Part shown: one piece after another, positions 30,307 through 39,164 of the stretch
Numbering within the stretch: position 1 is the first letter of the stretch
Layout: each line of letters starts with the position of its first letter
Origin: Nitrospirales bacterium
GTDB lineage: Bacteria > Nitrospirota > Nitrospiria > Nitrospirales > UBA8639
Direction of reading: 5' to 3'
Assembly: GCA_965203295.1 (NCBI GenBank)
Contig: CBDBCZ010000019.1
Span: forward strand, 2,768,051 to 2,832,050
DNA length: 64,000 nucleotides
Translations under genes and position numbers: made by a program
Notes under the pieces: generated by a model
Told to the model about the DNA's origin: nothing
Seen by the model: only the letters and a program-made list of their open reading frames with translations
Database searches by the model: none

Positions 30307-32007
30307 ATGCCCACGATTTCTCTCTTTCATAAAGACCTTGAACGCCTTCTGGATCGTTCGATCACTCCCGAAGAGCTCGACCAGTGGCTCCCTTTGGTCA
30401 AAGGAGAGCTTAAGGATTACACGTCTTCAAATGGAGAGTTTCGGGTTGAACTTCAAGACAGCAATCGTCCTGACTTGTGGTGTGTAGAGGGCATTGCGCG
30501 ACAATTTCGCATTTTTCTCACGAAGACACTTGCCTCCTATCCCTTTGTCTCAACAAAACAGCGCTCGAAGCATAAGATCACCGTGTCCCCAGGGATGGAA
30601 CACGTTCGACCATACGTCGCCGCTTGTACGGCTATTGAGTACAAGGTCACCGAAGAAGGGCTCGATCAATTTATTCAAACCCAGGAAAAATTAGCTGACA
30701 TTTATGGGCACCAACGGCGTACGGTCTCGGTTGGTCTTTACCGCCTCAATCCTGTTCAGTTTCCCGTCACCTACGGACTCGTCAAACCTCAAGAGGCACG
30801 GTTTACTCCCTTAGGATTTGATGAAAAAATGACTCTTCAAGAAATCCTGGCTGTTCATCCTAAGGGCCTTGAGCATGGAGCCATTCTTTCCGGTCTGGAT
30901 CAATTCCCTTTGCTATGGGATAAGGATGGTCAGGTCCTCTCCTTTCCACCGATTATTAATAGTCGAGACATCGGGGAAGTCCATGTCGGCGATACGGATT
31001 TGTTGGTCGAAGTCACTGGAACTGATTTACGGATGGTCATTCTCACCTTGAACATCTTTGCGATGAATTTAGCCGACCGTGGTGCTACGGTAGGAACCGT
31101 TGATATCGTGTACCCCTATGATACTGATCTGGGAAAAACGCTACATACTCCATGCGATCCTAATCACTTTCGTCGAATCCCGATTCGTGAAATTCAAACA
31201 GCTCTGGGTCTGCCCTTGGGGGCCGAGGCCATTCGTGAATCGTTGGTCGCGTATGGATACCAGGTCAAAGCCAGTCGTCACCATGTTTCGGTGAGATTGC
31301 CTCCCTACCGAAATGACCTCCTGCACTCAATGGATGTGGCAGAAGACGTTGCAATTAGTCGGGGATATGACTCGTTTACCCCGATGATGCCATCTCACTT
31401 TACCGTAGGGAGTCTTTCTCAATTAGAAACTTGCTCTGATCATATGCGGGATCTGATGGTAGGGTTTGGGTTTCAGGAGATTTTTTCCAACATTCTCATG
31501 TCTCAAGAAGATTTGCTTGATCGGATGAATCTTTCCAATTCAGACCACACTCAAATCGTTGAGATCGACAATGTGATGACCCAAAGTTTTTCCTGTCTGC
31601 GTTCTTGGATGATTCCCTCCCTCCTCCGTGTGGAAGCGGCTTCTCCACGCGCCTTTTACCCACACCGTTTTTTCGAAATTGGCGAGGTCGCCTGTCCAGA
31701 TTTTGCACGGGAACTTGGTTCCCGCACGTCCATCAAGCTTGGGGCCTTGATCGCCCATTCGACGGCGAATTTCTCAGAGATCCACACATTTCTAGATCTC
31801 TTGTTGTACTACTTGGTGTGTCCTTACTCGTTAGAGCCCACCAAGCACCCTTCATTTCTTGAAGGGCGGGTCGGACGGATTATCAGCCAGGGGCAGTCTC
31901 TAGGCCTTATCGGCGAATTGCATCCAGAAGTGCTGGAATCCTGGCAGGTGAATATGCCTGTGGGGATCTTTGAGTTAGATGTTGATAGCTTGCTCGAGAC
32001 AGGATAA
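30307..32007 (+). CDS. pheT: Phenylalanine-tRNA ligase beta subunit, archaeal-type short form
   Basis: 566 aa; MPTI, NRPDLWCVEGIAR, QEKL, LSFPPIINS, RNDLLHSMDVAEDVAI. No B2 OB-fold or B8 anticodon-binding domain is visible. Confidence 0.92.
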   Translation: MPTISLFHKDLERLLDRSITPEELDQWLPLVKGELKDYTSSNGEFRVELQDSNRPDLWCVEGIARQFRIFLTKTLASYPFVSTKQRSKHKITVSPGMEHVRPYVAACTAIEYKVTEEGLDQFIQTQEKLADIYGHQRRTVSVGLYRLNPVQFPVTYGLVKPQEARFTPLGFDEKMTLQEILAVHPKGLEHGAILSGLDQFPLLWDKDGQVLSFPPIINSRDIGEVHVGDTDLLVEVTGTDLRMVILTLNIFAMNLADRGATVGTVDIVYPYDTDLGKTLHTPCDPNHFRRIPIREIQTALGLPLGAEAIRESLVAYGYQVKASRHHVSVRLPPYRNDLLHSMDVAEDVAISRGYDSFTPMMPSHFTVGSLSQLETCSDHMRDLMVGFGFQEIFSNILMSQEDLLDRMNLSNSDHTQIVEIDNVMTQSFSCLRSWMIPSLLRVEAASPRAFYPHRFFEIGEVACPDFARELGSRTSIKLGALIAHSTANFSEIHTFLDLLLYYLVCPYSLEPTKHPSFLEGRVGRIISQGQSLGLIGELHPEVLESWQVNMPVGIFELDVDSLLETG

Positions 32008-32041
32008 TATGGGATGGTCTAATCCTTGAACCGGTTGGTTT

Positions 32042-32395
32042 CTACAACCCTTCCTTCGCTAATGCGGTCAATTTTTTAAAGCCCTCGGAATCGCTGATTG
32101 CCATATCTGAAAGAACTTTTCGATTGAGCAAAATCTCGGCCTTCTTTAAAGCATTCATAAAGCGACTATAGGAAAGGCCTTCCGCACGAACCGCTGCACT
32201 GATTCTTGTCACCCACAATCGCCGAAAATCCCGTTTCCTTTGCCGCCGACCCGCGTACGCGTAGGCTAATCCTTTATAGACAGACTCTGTCGCTGTCCGA
32301 AATAACCGGCTTTTTCCTCCATATTGGCCCTTGGCCAATTTCAATCTCTTCTTGCGTCGCCGCCTAGTCTGCGGCCCACCTTTCACCCGAGGCAT
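32042..32395 (-). CDS. rplT: 50S ribosomal protein L20
   Basis: MPRVKGG, RKRDFRRLW, LNRKVLSDMA. Confidence 0.97.
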   Translation of the reverse strand: MPRVKGGPQTRRRRKKRLKLAKGQYGGKSRLFRTATESVYKGLAYAYAGRRQRKRDFRRLWVTRISAAVRAEGLSYSRFMNALKKAEILLNRKVLSDMAISDSEGFKKLTALAKEGL

Positions 32396-32446
32396 GACGT
32401 ATACTCCTTCCCTTTGGTACTAAAACGATGTTTTAACATGAGGTGA

Positions 32447-32647
32447 TCAATTCGGTAACAATCGTAAGATCGCATAACGATCAGAATGAGAAACTTGTTC
32501 AGTTCGCATCAATCGACTCTTTCGTTTGGCGTTTTTGCTCGTCAAAATATGACGCATTCCAGCCTTTCGCCTCAAGATTTTTCCTGTCCCTGTCCGCTTG
32601 AAACGCTTGGCAGCCCCTGAGTGACTTTTCATTTTAAAACGCGCCAT
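32447..32647 (-). CDS. rpmI: 50S ribosomal protein L35
   Basis: KMKSHSGAAKRFKRTGTGK. Confidence 0.97.
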   Translation of the reverse strand: MARFKMKSHSGAAKRFKRTGTGKILRRKAGMRHILTSKNAKRKSRLMRTEQVSHSDRYAILRLLPN

Positions 32648-32679
32648 GAGTTCTCCTTGCGTAATAGTGAATTCTTCTT

Positions 32680-33201
32680 TTAGGTTTTCGGCGCCACGAT
32701 CATAAACAAATTTCGGCCCTCCATTCGCGGCGGACTTTCAATGGTTCCTGAATCCTTCAGTTCCTCCATCACTTTCGCAATAGCTGTCCGACCCAATTCC
32801 TGGTTTGCCATTTCTCGTCCTCGAAACATGACTGTGACCTTTGTCTTGTTTCCCTCTGCAAGAAATCCCTGAATTTGCTTAACTTTGGTCTCTAAATCAT
32901 GCTTGTCGGTTCTGGGACGAAATTTGATTTCCTTAACCTGGGTGGATTTTTGATGCTGTCGAATTTTGTGTTCTTTTTTGCTCTGCTCATATTTAAACTT
33001 CCCAAAATCCATGATCCGGCAAACAGGCGGATCCGAATTCGGAGCCACTTCTACCAAATCATAGCCCGCTTCTTTGGCTTGACGAAGAGCATCGGCTGTT
33101 TTGAGAATCCCAAGTTGCTCCCCCTCCGCTCCAATGACCCGGACCTCGGATACTCGGATCAAGTGGTTGACACGTTGTTTGTTGACAACAGGTCGACTCA
33201 T
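32680..33201 (-). CDS. infC: Translation initiation factor IF-3
   Basis: DLVEVAP..PPVCRIMDFGKFKYE, KEIKFRP, FRGRE. Confidence 0.96.
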   Translation of the reverse strand: MSRPVVNKQRVNHLIRVSEVRVIGAEGEQLGILKTADALRQAKEAGYDLVEVAPNSDPPVCRIMDFGKFKYEQSKKEHKIRQHQKSTQVKEIKFRPRTDKHDLETKVKQIQGFLAEGNKTKVTVMFRGREMANQELGRTAIAKVMEELKDSGTIESPPRMEGRNLFMIVAPKT

Positions 33202-35180
33202 TCCGGACGTGATGGACTTGCCAGTACTTCAGACGGCAAATCCCCCCGAATGAGATCAACGGCTTCTCGAATTGTCATCGTGCCTAAATTTTCGCCTCCC
33301 CGTTTCCGAACTGATACCTGTTCAACCTGACTTTCTCGCTCTCCCACAACCAACATGTATGGGATTTTCGCCTTTTCCGCTTCACGAATTTTGAGACCAA
33401 TTTTTTCATTCCTGGAATCCACGTCAATACGGCATCCCGATGAACGAAGCTGATGTTCTATCTTTTCGGCATAGCTCATCACTTTATCAGTCACGGGAAG
33501 CACTTTGGCCTGAACCGGGGCTAACCACGTTGGAAAGGCCCCTGCATAATGCTCAACTAGGATTCCAAAAAATCGTTCAATTGAACCAAGGAGTGCTCGA
33601 TGGATCATAATGGGTTGATGGGACTTCCCATCTTCCCCGATATAGGTCAATCCAAACCGTTCAGGGTTATTAAAGTCAATTTGCACGGTCGAACATTGCC
33701 AGGCACGTCCCAAGGCATCCTTGATCTTTAAATCAATCTTTGGTCCATAAAACACCCCTTCTCCTGGGTCAATTTGATACGAAAACCTTCCCCTCTTTAA
33801 CGCTGCTTCCAAGGCGTGGGTCGCCTGTTCCAATTTTTCCAAAGAACCGACAGCTTTTTCGGGTCGAGTCGATAGGTAGAGTTCAAACTCCGTAAAATCA
33901 AATCTTCGGAGAAGACTAATGGTGAAGTCTAGCACCTTCCGCACTTCTGTTTCGATTTGATCGGGACGACAAAAAATATGCGCATCGTCTTGAGTGAATC
34001 CCCGCACCCGCATGAGTCCATGAAGCACTCCCGACCGTTCGTAACGGTACACGGTTCCTAACTCCCCGTATCGGATGGGCAAGTCTCGATAGCTCCTCAA
34101 ATGCGACTTAAAAACCATGATGTGGAACGGGCAATTCATCGGCTTGAGCTGATAATCACTATTCTCCACTTGCATAGAGGCAAACATGTTTTCTTTGTAG
34201 TAGTCAACATGTCCGCTGGTTTTCCATAGATCCAACCGAGCGACATGGGGTGAGTACACCATATCATACCCATTGAGCACATGCTGCTCCCGCCAGAAAT
34301 TTTCTATCAACAGGCGGATTAAGGCCCCTTTGGGGTGCCAAAGAATGAGTCCCGGTCCAGTCTCATCCTGGATGCTAAACAAATCAAGTTCCTTGCCAAG
34401 TTTTCGGTGATCCCTCCGTTTGACTTCCTCAAGTTTGGCCAAATGCGAATCAAGTTCCTGTTGTGTGGGGAATGAAGTCCCGTACAGACGCTGGAGCATG
34501 GGGTTCCGTTCATCACCTCTCCAATAAGCTCCCGCACTTGAAAGAAGCCTGAAGGCTTTAATCCGACCAGTACTCCCAACATGCGGGCCTCGGCAAAGAT
34601 CAACGAATTCACCCTGACGGTACAGGGAGACCATTTGGTCCTCAAGCCTTTCAATAATTTCAACTTTATAGTGTTCCCCACGATCCTGAAAAAATTGAAT
34701 GGCCTCTGGCTTAAACATACTGAGCCGTGTAATGGGTAAATTCGCCTGAATAATTTCGCAGGCTCGCTTTTCAATACGCTCTAAATCCTCAGGAGTGAAC
34801 GGCCGTTCAAAGGCAAAATCATAGTAAAATCCATCTTCAATGGGCGGACCGATCGTTAAGTTTACCGAGGGGAAAATATCCTTGACGGCCTGGGCCATGA
34901 TGTGAGTGCTACTATGTCGGTAGATTTCTTTACCTTCTGGTGATGAGAAGGTAATCGGATCAAGAATGGCGTTTTCTGTTAATCTGGTATCCAGATCCAT
35001 GGGATATCCATTCACTTTTACGGCGAATACTTCTTGAAGTTGGGACGCCGGCAGCTTTTCCTTGAGCACATCTCTAGCCGAAATCCCAAGCGGAAACATT
35101 CCCGTCCATGCATTAACCTGGGAGATTTCAATTTCTTGAAGCTCTTTTTCCAGTTCTTTCATATTTGAAGACAAAGGCAT
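33198..35180 (-). CDS. thrS: Threonine-tRNA ligase
   Basis: DLCRGPH, RDHRKLG, KPMNCP, RVRGFTQDDAH, HRALLGSIERF. Confidence 0.97.
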   Translation of the reverse strand: MPLSSNMKELEKELQEIEISQVNAWTGMFPLGISARDVLKEKLPASQLQEVFAVKVNGYPMDLDTRLTENAILDPITFSSPEGKEIYRHSSTHIMAQAVKDIFPSVNLTIGPPIEDGFYYDFAFERPFTPEDLERIEKRACEIIQANLPITRLSMFKPEAIQFFQDRGEHYKVEIIERLEDQMVSLYRQGEFVDLCRGPHVGSTGRIKAFRLLSSAGAYWRGDERNPMLQRLYGTSFPTQQELDSHLAKLEEVKRRDHRKLGKELDLFSIQDETGPGLILWHPKGALIRLLIENFWREQHVLNGYDMVYSPHVARLDLWKTSGHVDYYKENMFASMQVENSDYQLKPMNCPFHIMVFKSHLRSYRDLPIRYGELGTVYRYERSGVLHGLMRVRGFTQDDAHIFCRPDQIETEVRKVLDFTISLLRRFDFTEFELYLSTRPEKAVGSLEKLEQATHALEAALKRGRFSYQIDPGEGVFYGPKIDLKIKDALGRAWQCSTVQIDFNNPERFGLTYIGEDGKSHQPIMIHRALLGSIERFFGILVEHYAGAFPTWLAPVQAKVLPVTDKVMSYAEKIEHQLRSSGCRIDVDSRNEKIGLKIREAEKAKIPYMLVVGERESQVEQVSVRKRGGENLGTMTIREAVDLIRGDLPSEVLASPSRPE

Positions 35181-35239
35181 ATCTCTATCATCCCAGGGAC
35201 CAATTGACCGTTCTTTACCTGGGTATGAACAGTTAAGGA

Positions 35240-35314
35240 TGGTAGGCGCGGGCGGTATTGAACCGCCGACCTCTACCGTGTCAAGGTAGCGCTCTCCCCC
35301 TGAGCTACGCGCCT
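35240..35314 (-). tRNA. tRNA-Val(GAC)
   Basis: AGGCGCGTAGCTCAGGGGGAGAGCGCTACCTTGACACGGTAGAGGTCGGCGGTTCAATACCGCCCGCGCCTACCA; cloverleaf, anticodon GAC, encoded CCA. Confidence 0.96.
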
Positions 35315-35509
35315 ATACACAATCGTAGCATGCTAGTAGAGCACTCACAGAATTGTCAAGAAGTGATTGATTTTTTTGAAGAAGTCATGTATCTTACTGA
35401 GGAATTGAGTAAATTTGGCGCATAGCCCAAAACCCAAAGCCGAGCGCCGAAAAGGGCCCATCCCTTACTTTATGTTTTGGAATGATCTCCTGGTTTTTTC
35501 CTTTTGACT

Positions 35510-36028
35510 TCAATTTTTAATTCCTAAAGTTTTTTCCTTAGAGTATTTCTGTTCATTCCGAGAAGTTGGGAAGCCTGAATCTGATTCCCATTCGTTTCTC
35601 GTAACGCCAATTCTAATGAGCGGGCGTTCAACCGCCCGCATAAAGGTTGGATAGAGACTACGGGCCGAACTCAGCTTCATGGCTCGAACAAAATCTCCTA
35701 ATTTCGACTCAACATAATCCTCAAGAGTCGGCTCGCGATTCACTGTTACCGGGAGTTGAGACTTCCCATTTCCCAATATTTGCTGTAATTGGCTGGCAGC
35801 CTCAAAGGGTGGTACAGGCCCTGCTATGAGAGCTGTACGCGAAAGATCGATCGTTTCATTCAAGGACGCTAAATCCTTTAACTCAAACTCATTTTCCCCA
35901 AGAACTAATCCATCAACCGATCGGTCAGCCACTTTCCCGCGAAGATCCTTAAAGTCTTTCACGAGAGAAATGTTGCCATTCTGATCATCGCCCTCAAGCT
36001 GGGAAACGGTCTGTGGATCGGAACTCAC
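35510..36028 (-). pseudogene. Fis-family HTH protein with a frameshift and a premature stop
   Basis: ...VERPLI, then a +1 shift to ELALRETNGNQIQASQLLGMNRNTLRKKL*ELKI (Fis-type HTH). Confidence 0.8.
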
Positions 36029-36223
36029 AAAAACGGTGTGAATGGGATTCTGATGTCTTTGCCATGAAATGGGGGAGTAGTTGAGAAGGGGGGGATTATC
36101 CAGGAAGCATTCGGTAATGTCAATTTAAAGAATCGGGTCTCAGAATCACAATTTTTGAAGCAAAGCGTCTCACTTGTTCATCCAAAATAAAAGGCAAAAA
36201 AATTTATCATCTTGACCTCAAGT

Positions 36224-37709
36224 TCAGGCCAAGCCAAAAAGAGGACACAACAGCCGAAGCATGACCCACACGAGGATTCCCCCGATCACATCAAGGAGAA
36301 GCCCTGCCTGAATCATCTTTGGAAGAGCAATTAATCCCGTCCCATAGACCATAGCATTGGGTGGCGTAGAAACCGGCAGGACAAAGGCAAGACTCGCGGC
36401 CATACACACCCCGAGAGTTGGTGGGACCGGCGATAGACCGAATGTGTGAGCGATTGCTATAACGACTGGAACGAGCATGCTTGCTGAAGCCGTGTTTGAT
36501 GCCATTTCTGTGAGAACTAACGCAGCCACAATCGCAATGGCGGTTAACGCCCACACCCCTCCTCCGCCAAAGAACGCAACGATCCCATTGCCAAGGGCAT
36601 CAGCCAGTTGTGTTTGAACCATTAACTGGCCAAAGGTTAACCCTCCTCCAAACAACAAAATGATGCCCCAGTTAATATTCATCGCTTGCTTCCACAACAG
36701 TGAAAACAGCCCTTTTCTGGCATCAAGGGGAAGGATAAAGAGCAAGCTCGCGGCCAAAACAGCTACGAGTTCCTTGGGGAGATGTGTATTCAGCCAACTG
36801 ACCATTCCATGTTCCTGACCCAAGAAAATGGAAAGGAACCCTGGAGCAATCCAAAGAAATACCGCCACACCCAGGGCGACACATGAATTGATTTGTCCCT
36901 TCGTCCACTTTTCTAGCCTGACTGATTCCTTCTCAAGTTTTGGTGGTAATTGAATGAAATCTCCGCCAATCGGATGAAGCCAAAAAAGAACCTTATAGAC
37001 CATAAAGAACATCACCAATCCTAAAGGGAGCCCTACTGCCATCCAGGTGAAAAACGAAAGAGCCCGATCACCCTGCTCTACGAGAAGCCCTACCCCGATC
37101 AAATTGGGAGGAGTTCCTATCATCGTCGCGACCTCTCCTACGGCTGCCCCATAAGCGAGTAGCAGCATGACGCCAGTTTCATACGTTTCCGAATGCGACT
37201 CGCTTTTCCGTAAATTCGTCAGAATCCCTAATGCGATAGGAAGCATAATGGCGACCGCAGCGGTATTGCTGATCCACATGGACAGGGTTGCCGATGCGCA
37301 CCCCATCATAAAAAACAGCCGAGCGGGCTTTGACTCAACCCAGCGAAAGGAAATGAGCCAGAGTGCAAACCTTCGGTCGACACCATGAACCACAAAGGCC
37401 TCGGCGATGAAAAAGCTCCCAATGAAAAGGAAAATGATTGGATGGGCAAATGAGGCAAATACGGCTTTCATGGAGCCTAGGCCTGCGAAAACGCACAAGC
37501 CGGCTCCAAGCAGCGACGTGATTAGGTAGAGGGATGGCTTCAGTAATCCAAAACACCACAACCCAGATCAGGATCCCTGCTAATGTGTGGGCTTGGGGGG
37601 TGAGACTCGGAAGGGGCATAGCAAGAATCACCAGACCCAGGAGGGGGCCAACGACAAACCCAAACAACCGTTTGTTCCATAGGGACCACTTATCAGGCGA
37701 CATCGACAT
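36224..37709 (-). pseudogene. DASS/SLC13 sodium-coupled anion symporter, frameshifted near 37525
   Basis: N-terminal frame ends WITEAIPL; the second frame has LSMWISNTA, IGTPPNL, LTEMASNTAS, LPVSTPPNA. Confidence 0.85.
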
Positions 37710-37949
37710 GGTTGACTCTCAATGTAATCCTAGTCTTGCGAGTGTGCTGCTACTTCAGGAATCGCGTCAGTCGATTGTTGAAAAAAACCAAATTTGCAAG
37801 AACGGCTTGATGCACAGATGATGGACAGATAATGATACCCCTATCAGGGGAGTGGGGCTGAGTGCTCAAATCTGATTTTTTCCCTATCTTGCTAGGATTT
37901 CCGGTAGTGAATGGGTATCATACAAATAGTCGCGGCGAATCAAAACTCC

Positions 37950-38462
37950 ATGTTGAAGGATAAGATCAAGGCATCAGCAGAAATTGCCGACGTTTTGCTC
38001 TCTCGTCGCAATAAAGGAGAGCAGATCGTTTTTACCAATGGATGCTTTGACCTTCTCCATATCGGACATGTCCGGTACTTGGAATCGGCCAAAGCCCTAG
38101 GCACCCTCCTTATCGTCGGGATCAATAGCGATGCTTCTGTGCGGTCTTTGGACAAAGGGAGAGATCGCCCCATTGTTCCAGAAACTGAACGATGCGAGGT
38201 CCTTGCTGCTTTAGGCAGTGTGGATTTCGTCGTTCTGTTTGATGAGTCGAATCCACTCTCTCTTATCAAATTGGTTCAACCCGATGTTTTGGTAAAGGGG
38301 GGCGACTGGAAACCCGAAGATATCATTGGACGAGAAGAAGTTGAAGCCATGGGAGGAATGGTTTGCACCATTCCTTTAGTCCCTCATGTGTCCACAACAA
38401 CCCTGATTCGACGAATCCGGGAAACCCAAGAAAGAGAAGAGGACAACCCTTCTTTTCCCTAG
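37950..38462 (+). CDS. rfaE2: D-glycero-beta-D-manno-heptose 1-phosphate adenylyltransferase
   Basis: VFTNGCFDLLHIGHVRYL, NSDASVR, PDVLVKGGDW. Confidence 0.93.
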   Translation: MLKDKIKASAEIADVLLSRRNKGEQIVFTNGCFDLLHIGHVRYLESAKALGTLLIVGINSDASVRSLDKGRDRPIVPETERCEVLAALGSVDFVVLFDESNPLSLIKLVQPDVLVKGGDWKPEDIIGREEVEAMGGMVCTIPLVPHVSTTTLIRRIRETQEREEDNPSFP

Positions 38463-38618
38463 GGAGTTTCGAGTTTAAGAAAAGACAGTTTCGCGTTTAA
38501 AGCTTAACGTGTAAAGACTTGGGACAGGAAAACCCTCCATCATTTCATCCTCGCAGTTCTTTAAAGTCAGCCAGCGGCGTTCCCTACCTCCGCCGAAGCG
38601 CTTCGCGCAGGCAAGCGG

Positions 38619-38709
38619 GCCTTTTTGAACAGGCCCCTGGCTTGTGATGATCCATGGAATTGGTAAGATGAATTGGCGCTCTACAATTTTTGAATTATTC
38701 ACCAGTCCC
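38619..38709. repeat. Dispersed MITE-like repeat, copy 2
   Basis: GCCTTTTTGAACAG...CTGGCTTGTGATGATCCATGGAATTGGTAAGATG...TGAATTATTCACCAGTCCC matches 23857-23948. Confidence 0.8.
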
Positions 38710-38806
38710 TTGATAATCCTGGATGCCCGCCTACGCCTTCAAGCATGACGGTGAAAAATTGTATGCGGTGTAAAAAAATTTGTCCTCTTTTTTGAGTCTG
38801 TATGTT

Positions 38807-38999
38807 CCGCCTTGCGCGTGGCTGAGTCGCAGCGCCGAATCCCCCAACTCGGCGAGGACTGTCTGAGCGGAGCGAGTTCCGCAGCCATGTGATTCGGTGC
38901 TGGGACGAAGGAGACCCGCAGGGCCAGGCGCGGGCGGGAATGGTTTTGGGTCCTTTTGCCGAAACAAAAGGACCTCGTCGTGCGGGGCCGAAACCCCGC
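38807..38999. other. GC-rich multi-stem element (candidate structured RNA or REP-like repeat)
   Basis: Nested complementary arms 38807-38822/38923-38937 and 38830-38841/38891-38902; two hairpins that both have a CCGAAA loop (38949-38974 and 38982-38999). Confidence 0.6.
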
Positions 39000-39164
39000 T
39001 CAAATAAAAACGATTGAACCAAACATTCGGGATGCCCGTTAACTTCTGAATGCATGAAGAGTCAGGAAATCCTATGCTCTTGCTTCAACTCTCTAATTCA
39101 TCTAGTGCTATCCGTCATCTAAAATCCAAGTTTTTATAATTCTCAACCTCTTTTCACTGTCCAA

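Noticed and set aside
33180..33201. infC lacking the usual non-AUG autoregulatory start
   Set aside because: An ATG overlaps the thrS stop, but the true start cannot be determined from sequence alone.
35240..35314. tRNA-Val as an integration site
   Set aside because: No integrase or duplicated tRNA 3' end was seen nearby.
38699..39055. ORFs 38699-39055 and 38731-39003
   Set aside because: They overlap the structured GC-rich element and have no recognisable protein features.
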